A stretch of 64,000 bases of DNA from Syntrophales bacterium (GTDB lineage Bacteria; Desulfobacterota; Syntrophia; Syntrophales; UBA6807), in contig JAXGPA010000001.1 of assembly GCA_040767195.1 (NCBI GenBank), forward strand, positions 288,001 through 352,000, given 5' to 3'. The stretch's first letter is position 1. Every line of letters starts with the position of its first letter. Below the pieces are notes generated by a model. It saw only the letters and a program-made list of their open reading frames with translations, had not been told where the DNA came from and searched no databases. This document shows, in pieces, positions 19,306-28,724 of this stretch. The position numbers and the translations under genes are program-made.

Positions 19306-19761
19306 TTACCGTTCCGGCATAAGGGTGCGCAGGACGTCCTCCTTGCCGATAACCCCCACCAGCTTTCCCTCCTCCAGGACCGGAAGGGTGTGAATGTTCT
19401 TCCGCACCATGATCGTGGCGATGTCTTCTATCGCTGTTTCCGGGTCCACGGTCCGGGGATTCGGGGTCATGGCCTCGGACACTTTCATGGCCACCATCTT
19501 TTCCACTTCCTTTTCCATCTGCTTTCCCGAAAAAAGCGGGATCATGCCGTCGAGAAGGGTAAAAACGGAAGGCAGGGGAACCTGCTTCTGCTGAACGATG
19601 AGGTCGTCCTGGCAGAGGATCCCCAGGAGCTTACCTTCGTCATCCACCACGGGAAGACCGTTGAAGTGATTTTCCAGGAGGCGTTTCGCCGCCTGGAGAA
19701 TGTCCGTGTCCGGGGTCACCGTAACGACATCTCTCGTCATGATGTCCTTGGCCTTGATCAT
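19306..19761 (-). CDS. CBS-pair protein
   Basis: AKDIMT..V, GLPVVD..G.LLGI, V.EAMT, LPVLE.GKLVGVI. Confidence 0.9.
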   Translation of the reverse strand: MIKAKDIMTRDVVTVTPDTDILQAAKRLLENHFNGLPVVDDEGKLLGILCQDDLIVQQKQVPLPSVFTLLDGMIPLFSGKQMEKEVEKMVAMKVSEAMTPNPRTVDPETAIEDIATIMVRKNIHTLPVLEEGKLVGVIGKEDVLRTLMPER

Positions 19762-19806
19762 CAGTCTTTCTCCTTCCTTTCTTCCCTGGGGAATTCACCG
19801 GCTCTT

Positions 19807-20625
19807 TCAGATATCGTGGAGCTTTTCACCCCTGATTAACGATTCGACGGTTTTGACCCCCGGCACCGAACGGATGGCGTCAAGGAGGCGCTCTTTCGAT
19901 TCCAGGGGGTTTATCTCACCGGACACCCGGACCACCCCTGGCTCGGGAACGGCCACGTGAAATCCCTCGGGCTTGAGGCTGGTCTTTCGGATCACCGCCT
20001 TCACCCGGCTTTTCAGGCTCAACCGGTCCAGGGCTTCAAGGGACTTGAGACCGCATGCCCGCACGCCGGCGGTGTTTGCCCCGTGAACGACGATTTCCAC
20101 GGCCGCTTCCTCCCCCATCTGGTCCCGGTTGATGACCAGGTCGTAAAGGGAGAGGTCATCCCAGTCGCGATGAAAGGCGTATGCCACGAATCCCTTTCTG
20201 TCCCCGTCGGATCTTTCCACGGCCGCCTTCGCCCCCTCGTAGCCAAGGCCGCTTTCCCCCATGATCCGCCGGATCCTCTCGGACGGCTTCGAATAAATCC
20301 TGAGCTGAAGGGCGCAGTCAAAGTCCTGGAGGAGGAACGTCGCTCCGTGACCGAGGAAGACCCCTTCCCCGTCGCTGGCGGCATCGAGGACGACCGATTC
20401 GAGGAATTCCGTGTAGAACCGGGGTTTCAAATCAAGGAGACGGCTCCAGAAACCGGGCACCCGGCTGTCGGCGACCTCGATCTCCCGGACGTCTATTCCC
20501 ATTGTCCGGGCTCTTTCACGGAGCCTCATGTCGTCGAAAAGGGGAATCCCCAGCCGACGGGAAACGTCGGCGGCTATGGACGACGCCCCACACCCGATTC
20601 CAGAAGTTACCGTAATAAGAGGCAT
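19807..20625 (-). CDS. Cytidylate kinase-like family protein with C-terminal BON-like domain
   Basis: ITVTS..GCGA, VFLGHG, SD.DR, YDLVIN; C-terminal VRVSG...VPGVK.V. Confidence 0.8.
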   Translation of the reverse strand: MPLITVTSGIGCGASSIAADVSRRLGIPLFDDMRLRERARTMGIDVREIEVADSRVPGFWSRLLDLKPRFYTEFLESVVLDAASDGEGVFLGHGATFLLQDFDCALQLRIYSKPSERIRRIMGESGLGYEGAKAAVERSDGDRKGFVAYAFHRDWDDLSLYDLVINRDQMGEEAAVEIVVHGANTAGVRACGLKSLEALDRLSLKSRVKAVIRKTSLKPEGFHVAVPEPGVVRVSGEINPLESKERLLDAIRSVPGVKTVESLIRGEKLHDI

Positions 20626-20650
20626 ATTCGACTCCCCCTTTCTCCCCGTT

Positions 20651-21586
20651 TCAGGGCCTCTCGGGCTCTACGAACCCGGAAGCTCCGGATGCGTCGAAGG
20701 CGGCAAGGGCCTTTAGGGCCGTTTCCTCACCCCACTCGGGGACAAAATGGCCGGCCTCGGATTGAACAAAAGGCTCGGGACAGTTCCGAATATGGTTGCG
20801 CAGACGCTCCATTACCGGCGGCCCGAGCACCGGGTCCCTCACCCCGACGGCCATGAATATCGGCCCCTTCCAATGGCTGCCGAGCCAGGCCCGGGCTCTC
20901 CTCGACAAGGCCGCGCCGGGCGCGTCTGTTCCATCGGGAACCAGTTCGGGAAAGCGACGCACACCGGCCTTGTAGTGGAAATCGGGAAAAGGGGCGTCAT
21001 AGGCGAACCTTTCGGCCTCCGTCAGATGCGGGCAGGCCCGCTGGAGCAGTTTCCCCGGGGAAAAACCGGGGTTGTCCCTCACCCAGCCGCGCCAATTGAG
21101 AAACCCCTGGGAAAGTGGAACGTCCCCGGTGCCGAGGGTCGTGTTCATAACGAGCAGGCGGGAAAACCTCTCGGTCATGTCCACGGGCAGGGTGAGTCCC
21201 AGGATTCCGCCCCAGTCCTGGCAGACCAGGGTAATGTTCCTGAGATCCAGGTGTTCGATGAATCCGATCAGGGTGTTCCGATGGAAATCAAACGTATAGA
21301 GGGCTTCCTCCGCGGGTTTGTCCGAACGTCCGAAACCGAAAAAGTCCGGAGCGACCACCCGATGACCCGCCGCCGTGAAAACCGGGATCATTTTCCGGTA
21401 AAGATAACTCCATGTCGGCTCTCCGTGGAGACACAGGAAAACGTGGTCCGCCTTCCGTGGACCTGTATCCACGTAGTGCAGTCGCAACCCTTCAAAGCCG
21501 TTCAGGTCTTCCGTGTAGGACGGACTGTAAACAAAACCGGGCAGACGGGCAAACCGTTCTTCCGGCGTTCTCAAAACTTTTTCCAT
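20651..21586 (-). CDS. Haloalkane dehalogenase (DhlA-like, subfamily I)
   Basis: LRTPEERF, HGEPTWSYLYRKMI, PDFFGFGRSDKP, QDWGG, FLNWR, DPVLG, AGHFV. Confidence 0.88.
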   Translation of the reverse strand: MEKVLRTPEERFARLPGFVYSPSYTEDLNGFEGLRLHYVDTGPRKADHVFLCLHGEPTWSYLYRKMIPVFTAAGHRVVAPDFFGFGRSDKPAEEALYTFDFHRNTLIGFIEHLDLRNITLVCQDWGGILGLTLPVDMTERFSRLLVMNTTLGTGDVPLSQGFLNWRGWVRDNPGFSPGKLLQRACPHLTEAERFAYDAPFPDFHYKAGVRRFPELVPDGTDAPGAALSRRARAWLGSHWKGPIFMAVGVRDPVLGPPVMERLRNHIRNCPEPFVQSEAGHFVPEWGEETALKALAAFDASGASGFVEPERP

Positions 21587-21724
21587 GTCGACGGCCCTCA
21601 CAGATGTTTGGCTTTCACCGTTTCCTCTTATTAAATTTACCATGAAAACCGGCAGGGGGAAAAGACTTAATCGGTACTTCCCACGAGAAAACCCTTATTA
21701 TGTTTAGAATAACATGTTTTGGGG

Positions 21725-21754
21725 TTGACAGGATCCCTTCGGCTTCGCTATGGT
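21725..21754 (+). promoter_or_regulatory. Putative sigma70 promoter of wtpABC
   Basis: TTGACA-18 bp-TATGGT. Confidence 0.5.
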
Positions 21755-21828
21755 TACGCGAGTCTGTTACGGGGCCTATCCCGCATTTCCTTTCCCAGCC
21801 ATCCGAAAAATCACAAGGGAGGTTCATC

Positions 21829-22821
21829 ATGAAATCCAGAAAACGCTTCATTCTTTGCTGTTGTCTTTTACTCGTGGCCGCCGCGGCCTTTTTCCCCGTC
21901 CAGAAAGACGCCCGGGCGGAAATCAAGGGCACCGTGACCATGTTTCACGCCGGCAGCCTTTCCGTGCCTTTCGAAGCCATGGAAAAGGAATTCGAGGCCC
22001 TTCACCCCGGCGTGGACCTGCAGCGGGAGGCGAGCGGCAGCCAGAAGGCGGCCCGGAAAATCTCTGACCTGCAGAAGCCCTGCGACATCATGGCCTCGGC
22101 GGACTACCTGGTGATCGACAAACTGCTCATCCCCCGGTACGCCGACTGGAATGTCCGCTTCGCCACGAACCAGCTCGTGCTCTGTTACACGGAAAAGAGC
22201 CGTTACGCCGACCTGGTGAATGCCGACAACTGGTACCGGATTCTCATGAAGCCCGGCGTGGTCTGGGGACACTCGGACCCCAATCTCGACCCCTGCGGTT
22301 ACCGTTCCCTCATGGTTCTCCAGCTCGCGGAAAAGCACTACGTCATCCCGGGGCTTTATCAAAAACTGATCGACGGCCGGCCCCAGGAGAACATCCGGCC
22401 CAAATCGGTGGAGCTGGTTTCCCTTCTGCAGACGGGACACATGGACTACGCCTGGGAGTACCTCTCCGTGGCGGTACAGCACGGCCTGAAATACATCGCC
22501 CTGCCCGACCAGATCAACCTGGGAAATTACCAGTATGACGACTTCTACGCCCAGGCCGTTGTGCAGGTTACGGGAAAGAAGCCCGGGGAATTCATGGAGA
22601 TGCGGGGGAACTCGGTGACCTACGGCGTGACCCTGGTTAAAGACGCCCCGAACAGGGAAGCGGCCGTCGCGTTCCTGTCCTACATGCTCAGCCCCACGGG
22701 GGGACTTAAAATACTGAAGGATATGGGTCAGCCTCCTTTCATCCCCTGCCGGGTGCCCTCGGAAAAGATGAAAGGAATGTTACCGGCCCCCCTGGAGAAA
22801 CGCGTGGAAGTGAAGAACTGA
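21829..22821 (+). CDS. wtpA: Tungstate/molybdate ABC transporter substrate-binding protein
   Basis: Signal peptide; [41 protein letters not shown]. Confidence 0.9.
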   Translation: MKSRKRFILCCCLLLVAAAAFFPVQKDARAEIKGTVTMFHAGSLSVPFEAMEKEFEALHPGVDLQREASGSQKAARKISDLQKPCDIMASADYLVIDKLLIPRYADWNVRFATNQLVLCYTEKSRYADLVNADNWYRILMKPGVVWGHSDPNLDPCGYRSLMVLQLAEKHYVIPGLYQKLIDGRPQENIRPKSVELVSLLQTGHMDYAWEYLSVAVQHGLKYIALPDQINLGNYQYDDFYAQAVVQVTGKKPGEFMEMRGNSVTYGVTLVKDAPNREAAVAFLSYMLSPTGGLKILKDMGQPPFIPCRVPSEKMKGMLPAPLEKRVEVKN

Positions 22822-22837
22822 ACCGCCGGTAGGTTTC

Positions 22838-23623
22838 ATGTCACGGAAGGAACCCCTGTTCTGGATCTCGCTGTCCTGCGGCGCTGTCGTTCTCGCCTTC
22901 ATCATCATGCCGCTTTTCGAGATGCTGACGGCTCCTTCCCCGGAGATGCTCCGGGAAACCCTGGAAGACAGGAATGTGGTGCGGTCGATCTGGCTCAGTA
23001 TTTACACCGCCGCGTCGGCCGCCGGCATTTCCTTCCTCCTGGGAACCCCCCTGGCCTATCTTCTCGCCCGGCGCAACTTCAGGGGGAAACGGCTTGTCGA
23101 GAGCATCATCGACCTGCCCATCGTCATTCCCCACCCCGTCGTGGGGATCGCCATCTTGAGCGTGGCCGGCCGAAATCACTGGTTCGGGCAGATCCTTTCG
23201 GAACTCGGGATCCGGGTCATGGGAAGCGTCACCGGGATCATCGTGGTCCTCACCTTCGTGGGCATGCCCTTTTACATCAACGCCGTCAAGGACGGCTTCG
23301 AGGGCATCTCCCCCAGGCTGGAAAACGTGGCCAGAAGTCTCGGGGCCTCCCTGGGCGGCGCCTTCTTCCGGATCACCTTTCCCCTGGCCTGGCGAAGCAT
23401 GCTCGTGGGACTCATCATGTGCTGCGCCAGGGCCATCAGCGAATTCGGGGCCGTCGTCATCGTGGCCTATCACCCCATGATCGCCCCGGTCATGATATAC
23501 GAACGTTTCGAGGGATACGGCCTCAAGTACTCCCAGCCCGTGGCGGTCTGGCTCATCCTGGTCTGCCTCGCCCTTTTCCTGGTCTTGAGGATTCTGGCCC
23601 TTCCAAGGAAGAAAGAGGCATGA
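22838..23623 (+). CDS. wtpB: Tungstate/molybdate ABC transporter permease
   Basis: DLPIVIPHPVVG, ENVARSLGA (EAA loop), ARAISEFGAV..VAYHP. Confidence 0.88.
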   Translation: MSRKEPLFWISLSCGAVVLAFIIMPLFEMLTAPSPEMLRETLEDRNVVRSIWLSIYTAASAAGISFLLGTPLAYLLARRNFRGKRLVESIIDLPIVIPHPVVGIAILSVAGRNHWFGQILSELGIRVMGSVTGIIVVLTFVGMPFYINAVKDGFEGISPRLENVARSLGASLGGAFFRITFPLAWRSMLVGLIMCCARAISEFGAVVIVAYHPMIAPVMIYERFEGYGLKYSQPVAVWLILVCLALFLVLRILALPRKKEA

Positions 23624-24657
23624 TCCGAGTCGAAAGTCTCCAAGTCCATCTCGGCGAATTTCACCTGAGGGACATCCGTCTCACGATCCCGCCCAACGGC
23701 TTTTTCGTCCTCATGGGTCCCACCGGGGCGGGAAAGACGGTCCTCCTGGAAGCCATCGCGGGACTCATCCCCGTCGCCGGGGGGACGGTGCACATCAACG
23801 GAAAGGACGTAACGGCGGCGACACCGGAAAAAAGAGGGGTCGGCATCATGTATCAGGACTACGCCCTCTTCCCTCACCTGACGGTCCGACAGAACGCCTT
23901 TTTCGGCGTCCGCTATCACGGCGTCGACCGCCGGACCTCCTCGGAAAGGTTCAAAAGGCTCACGGAGGAGTTGAACATCGGTCATCTTCTGGCCCGTTTT
24001 CCCGGCACCTTGAGCGGCGGGGAACTCCAGCGGGTCGCCCTCGCCCGGGCCCTCATGGTGGAACCGGCGGTCATTCTCCTCGACGAACCCCTTTCCGCCC
24101 TGGATCCCGTCTTCCGGGAAGAGATCCGGCTCCTCCTCAAAAATCTTCACAACTCCACGAATACGACCTTTTTCATGGTCACCCACGATTTTGCGGAAGC
24201 CCTGTCGCTGGCCACCCAGGCGGCCATCATCAACAACGGGGTGATCGAGCAGACGGGATGCATCCTGGATATTTTCCAGAGACCCTGCTCGGCCTTCGTC
24301 GCCGATTTCGTGGGAATGAAAAACATTTTTCCAGCCGAATTCAACGGTTCCCTGTCACGGGTGGGAGACATCACCCTGAAGCTGTCCCGGCCTCCTCTCA
24401 ACGCCCCGCGGTTTATCGCCATCCGGCCCGAGGACATCATCATCAGCAACGTCCCCCCTGAACACGCATTACCCAATGTTTTCCGGGGAGCCGTGACGGC
24501 CGTCATCGATCAGGGCTTTTCCTACGAAATACAACTCGAGCTGAAAAAAATGACTTTCAGGGCCATGATTCCCAAGGGCGGTCTCATCGGCCTGGGCCTC
24601 GAAATGGGAAAACCGGTCCATTTTCACCTCCGGGAAGAGGCCATCCACACGTTCTGA
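23620..24657 (+). CDS. wtpC: Tungstate/molybdate ABC transporter ATPase with TOBE domain
   Basis: GPTGAGKT, LSGGELQR, LLDEP; ATGA overlap with the permease. Confidence 0.86.
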   Translation: MIRVESLQVHLGEFHLRDIRLTIPPNGFFVLMGPTGAGKTVLLEAIAGLIPVAGGTVHINGKDVTAATPEKRGVGIMYQDYALFPHLTVRQNAFFGVRYHGVDRRTSSERFKRLTEELNIGHLLARFPGTLSGGELQRVALARALMVEPAVILLDEPLSALDPVFREEIRLLLKNLHNSTNTTFFMVTHDFAEALSLATQAAIINNGVIEQTGCILDIFQRPCSAFVADFVGMKNIFPAEFNGSLSRVGDITLKLSRPPLNAPRFIAIRPEDIIISNVPPEHALPNVFRGAVTAVIDQGFSYEIQLELKKMTFRAMIPKGGLIGLGLEMGKPVHFHLREEAIHTF

Positions 24658-24826
24658 ATGTCAGGGCCGAAGACATTCCGGCAGGGCGTTTCAACGGACG
24701 GGCATAAAATAATGCCGTCATTCGAGGCAGGGTTACCCCGGCTCGGGATGTCCGGGGCAAAACAGAAACCGAAACGGGGGCCGCATCACAAAAACGGCCC
24801 CCGTCCCGGTTTTGAAGAAGCGTCCT

Positions 24827-25099
24827 TTAATACCGGGGTCGCCTGGCGGGACGCTTTCCTTTCGGCTCCGACTGGTTCACCTTGAGATCGCGGCCCTTGA
24901 GGGGCATCTTGTTCAAGGCCTTGATGGCCTTGTCCGCTTCGGCGTTGTTCGGCATTTCGACAAACCCGAAACCCTTGGACTGACCGGAAAAATGGTCCGT
25001 GATGATCTTGACGCTTTCAACCTCGCCGAACTCGGCGAAAGCCTGCCTCAACTCATCCTCCGTGACGTTGTAAGAGAGATTGCCCACGTAGATGTTCAT
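24827..25099 (-). CDS. RRM (RNP-1) RNA-binding protein
   Basis: IYVGNL (RNP2), KGFGFVEM (RNP1). Confidence 0.95.
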   Translation of the reverse strand: MNIYVGNLSYNVTEDELRQAFAEFGEVESVKIITDHFSGQSKGFGFVEMPNNAEADKAIKALNKMPLKGRDLKVNQSEPKGKRPARRPRY

Positions 25100-25420
25100 A
25101 AGCGCTCCTTTCCTTTGCGGGTTGACCGATAATCTGCTATCCAATAACCAATCCCGCAAATTACTCGATAGCGCTTCACTCCAAAATCCCGAATTTTATA
25201 CCAGCTCCCCGGGAATGGTTCAATCTTAATTTTAGGGTATCGCCGCCCGGCATCAGGGAGATTTCCCATGATTTCCTTGACAGGCCTCCCTGTTTTCGGT
25301 TACTTTGTGGGCCACTGCGGGGAATCTTCGTGATGAACACCGGGACTGTCCCGGGGGTGGAGATCCCGGCCCCTCGAGATAGGTTTTCGGGCCGTGTGAA
25401 CCCGCGTGAGGGAGCACCTG

Positions 25421-25852
25421 ATGAACCGTCCCGAAGAAGGGCTTTACTCGAGAAAAATCATTGTCCGATACACCGCCGAGATCGTGGACAAGCCCATCGT
25501 CTACCGGCTTGTGAAGGACTTCGACCTCGCCTTCAACATTCTCAAGGCGCGCATCTTCCCGAGACGGGAGGGTCTTCTCGTCCTCAGTCTCGAGGGTACG
25601 AAGGAAAATTTCGACCGGGGCATTCAATATCTCAAGGAATCGGGCGTTGTCGTCGAACCTCTGTCCAAGAGGGTCTCCCGGAACATGGATCGATGCGTTC
25701 AATGCGGCGCCTGCATCGCTTTCTGCTCCACCGAGGCCCTTTCCCTGGACAGGGACACCATGGAGGTCCGTTTCGACCCGGAAAAGTGCAGCGGCTGCGA
25801 AATCTGCGTGACCGCCTGTCCGGCCCGGGCGATGGAAATCAATCTTCTGTAA
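25421..25852 (+). CDS. NIL domain plus 2x[4Fe-4S] ferredoxin protein
   Basis: KPIVY.LVKDFDL.FNILKA; CVQCGACIAFC and CSGCEICVTACP. Confidence 0.88.
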   Translation: MNRPEEGLYSRKIIVRYTAEIVDKPIVYRLVKDFDLAFNILKARIFPRREGLLVLSLEGTKENFDRGIQYLKESGVVVEPLSKRVSRNMDRCVQCGACIAFCSTEALSLDRDTMEVRFDPEKCSGCEICVTACPARAMEINLL

Positions 25853-25854
25853 GC

Positions 25855-26184
25855 TTATTTTTCCGGATTCTTTTCACTGCCGGCCTCGACGGCCTTTTCA
25901 AGGTCACCGGCCATCGCTTTTCCCTTTTCCACGACTTCCCGGCCCTTTTCGACGAGCGTTTCCGTGTGCTCTCTCACCGTCGTCACGGCCTCCTTCACCG
26001 TCTCGGGGAATTCCTCCGGGGCCTTGTAATAATAATACCCCGCCACGGCGATGAGGATGAGCCCGAAAAGCAGGACAAGCTTCAGGGCCTGCCGGATGAC
26101 GAAATAAACGACCAGCAGAAGAAGAACCGCCAGGACAAGGGCCGCGATGGGGTGCGCCGTGAGATACTGCATGAAACTGTCCAT
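25855..26184 (-). CDS. Hypothetical small membrane protein
   Basis: Two N-terminal hydrophobic helices, charged helical tail, GAGG RBS. Confidence 0.7.
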   Translation of the reverse strand: MDSFMQYLTAHPIAALVLAVLLLLVVYFVIRQALKLVLLFGLILIAVAGYYYYKAPEEFPETVKEAVTTVREHTETLVEKGREVVEKGKAMAGDLEKAVEAGSEKNPEK

Positions 26185-26258
26185 TCCATCACCTCGCCGG
26201 ATATGGTTTTTATTTGACTAACACAGGGGAAAGATAAAATCCATTCTCACTTTTTCAC

Positions 26259-26287
26259 TTGACAGCCCCTGTTCAATTCAATATACC
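26259..26287 (+). promoter_or_regulatory. Putative sigma70 promoter upstream of the CoA-transferase operon
   Basis: TTGACA-17 bp-TATACC. Confidence 0.5.
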
Positions 26288-26631
26288 TTTTCCAGTATCG
26301 GACAATGCGGGCACAAAGCGTCTTGGGGGCACCATTCACCATTCCATCCGTTCCATCATGATGCGTTCTGTTTCGGACACGTTTCTTTTCTGTAATGGCG
26401 TGGTTTCAGCGCCATACACATTTTGCCGTTCTTTCGAAAGGTCTTTCGAGGATCCCCCCCTTTTTCAGTTGTCCTGTCAAAAAGGAAGCGATCTCTCACG
26501 ATGACTGGGTAACCGGAATCGTTCCGGTCAGAAATTCTTCCGGAAAGGAGGTGAGGGTTTTTCTGTTTCTTGAAGCACTCAGTATTTTGCGCAAGTGACG
26601 ACTCGAAGTAAATTCCTGAAAGGAGGGAAAT

Positions 26632-27687
26632 ATGCGCAAACTTCGGGAGAAAACAAAAAAAGCAGAGGTTTTGACTCTGGAACAGGCGATCAAAAAACAC
26701 GTCAAGGACGGCATGGTCGTCGCTTTCAGCGGGTTTACCGGTTTCAACCGGAACCCGGTGGCCCTGACCTGGGAAATGATCCGCCAGGGCAAGAAGGATT
26801 TCCACGTCATCGACCGTCACGGCAGCTGTTGCACCTGGATGCTGAACGCCGTCGGCGCCATGAAAATCTACGAGACGGACTGGATGGGCTGGGGCGAAAT
26901 GGCCGGCAAGCTCGACGTCAACCTGGAAAGGCAGTACAAGCGGGGCAAACTTATCCTGGAAGACTATTCCCACGGGGCCATGGCCATGCGGTTCCTCGCC
27001 GGGGCCATCGGCGCCCCCTTCATCCCCTACCATGCCCCCCTGGGCTCGGACCTCTACAACGACAAGTACGACGCCATGGGGAAAGCGGGACTTCGGGACG
27101 GCAGTAATCCCAAAATCCCCCTGAAGAAATACATCCCCATGGATGACCCCTTCTGGAAGGACGGGCTGGTTTACCTCCTGCCCGCCGCCCGGCCGGACGT
27201 CGCCTTCATTCACGTCACCCAGGCCGGCGAGAAGGGGACGGCCCGCTGGCGGGGCATCGGGACCATCGACAAGGAACTCTGCTTCGCCGCGGACAAGGTC
27301 ATCCTCACCTGCGAGGAGCTCGTTCCCGAGTCTGAACTCCGGAAGAACCCCGAGCAGAACCAGATCCCCTACTTCACCGTGGACGCCATCGTTCCCTGCC
27401 CCTTCGGCGGGTACCCGAGCGCCGTGCCGTTCTTCTACGACTACGACGCCCCCTTCATGCGGGGCATGGACGCCGCCTCCCGGAACGAGGAAGACCTGAA
27501 GAAGTGGCTCGACGACTGGGTCTACGGGCCAAAGACCTGGGAAGACCTCATTGTGAAGGTCGGCGCCAAACGCCTCATGGAACTCAAGGCGGACAGCGTT
27601 ACCGGTTACAGCACCCGGATCCTGCGGGGCAAGAAACCGGCACCGAGGATGACCATGCCCTTGTCGGTCATCCGAAGTGGCTACTAA
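26632..27687 (+). CDS. Class I CoA-transferase subunit A (glutaconate CoA-transferase GctA-like)
   Basis: EDYSH.AMAMRFLAGA.G.PF, GSDL, PA.RPDVA.IH, CPFG.YPS. Confidence 0.85.
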   Translation: MRKLREKTKKAEVLTLEQAIKKHVKDGMVVAFSGFTGFNRNPVALTWEMIRQGKKDFHVIDRHGSCCTWMLNAVGAMKIYETDWMGWGEMAGKLDVNLERQYKRGKLILEDYSHGAMAMRFLAGAIGAPFIPYHAPLGSDLYNDKYDAMGKAGLRDGSNPKIPLKKYIPMDDPFWKDGLVYLLPAARPDVAFIHVTQAGEKGTARWRGIGTIDKELCFAADKVILTCEELVPESELRKNPEQNQIPYFTVDAIVPCPFGGYPSAVPFFYDYDAPFMRGMDAASRNEEDLKKWLDDWVYGPKTWEDLIVKVGAKRLMELKADSVTGYSTRILRGKKPAPRMTMPLSVIRSGY

Positions 27688-27704
27688 GAAAGGGGGGAAG
27701 AACC

Positions 27705-28604
27705 ATGACAAAATCCATCGATGAATTGATTGCTTTGATCGACGTCATTCCCGACGTTCCCGCCAAGCCGGGCGAGTACATCCTGCCGGAACTCATGGCC
27801 ATCGCCATCGCCAACGAGGTCCGTAACGACGACATCGTTTTCGCCGGGACGGGGCTTCCCATGGTGGGGATCATGACCGCCAACTTCACGAACGCCCCGA
27901 ACGCCCTTCTCATTTACGAGGCGGGGATCTGTGACGGCAAGACCATGCACGTCCCCATGTCCGTCTGCGACCAGCGGGCGGCCAACATGAGCTCCTCTCT
28001 CGGCGGGCTCGTGGACACCTTCGGTTATTACCTCCAGCAGGGGTTCGTCACCCTGGGGTTCCTGGGCGGCGCCTCCATCGACAAGTACGGCGGCGTCAAC
28101 GTCACGTGCATCGGTGATTACTACACGCCGACCCACCGGTTCACCGGCAGCGGCGGTAACTCCGACATCGGGACCATGTCCCACCGGACGGCCTTCATCA
28201 TCCTCCAGGAAAAGAGACGGTTCCTGGAACGGAACGAATACACCACCACGCCGGGGCACTGGTGCTGGGACTTTAAGACAGGCGAGTGGAAACCCCGGAA
28301 AGAAGTCTGGAAAGGCACGCCCTTCGAGAACTGCGGACCCGTTGCCGTCGTGACCAACATGGGCGTCTACCGTTTCGACAACAAGGGCGAGATCTTCCTC
28401 GAAACCTATCATCCCGGCGTTACGGTTGAAAAAGTTAAGGAAAACTGCGGCTTTGACCTGAATGTGTCGAATGTGAAAGGGGAAACGAAGCACCCCACCT
28501 ACCGGGAACTTTTCGTTCTCCGCGAGTTTGTTGATGCCGAGCTGATCTTCCTTCCCCAGAAGGTGGATTATCCCCCGGATATCCAGAAAATCATCGACGG
28601 CTGA
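27705..28604 (+). CDS. Class I CoA-transferase subunit B (GctB-like)
   Basis: FAGTGLP, catalytic Glu in LIYEAG, GFLGGA.IDKYG.VN, GSGG..D. Confidence 0.85.
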   Translation: MTKSIDELIALIDVIPDVPAKPGEYILPELMAIAIANEVRNDDIVFAGTGLPMVGIMTANFTNAPNALLIYEAGICDGKTMHVPMSVCDQRAANMSSSLGGLVDTFGYYLQQGFVTLGFLGGASIDKYGGVNVTCIGDYYTPTHRFTGSGGNSDIGTMSHRTAFIILQEKRRFLERNEYTTTPGHWCWDFKTGEWKPRKEVWKGTPFENCGPVAVVTNMGVYRFDNKGEIFLETYHPGVTVEKVKENCGFDLNVSNVKGETKHPTYRELFVLREFVDAELIFLPQKVDYPPDIQKIIDG

Positions 28605-28621
28605 TACGGAACGGCCACACG

Positions 28622-28652
28622 GCCGGGGAGGGAATCCCCTCCCCGGCTTTTT
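28622..28652 (+). terminator. Intrinsic terminator
   Basis: GCCGGGGAGGG-AATC-CCCTCCCCGGC followed by TTTTT. Confidence 0.8.
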
Positions 28653-28724
28653 TAACTGGGAAAGCAACGGCCATCCCGGGACCCCGGCGATGGCGTCAAA
28701 ACATATGAAGGGCAAGGAGGCACA

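Noticed and set aside
21755..21828. Possible Moco/Wco riboswitch upstream of wtpA
   Set aside because: Predicted leader is only about 70 nt and shows no matching multi-stem structure.
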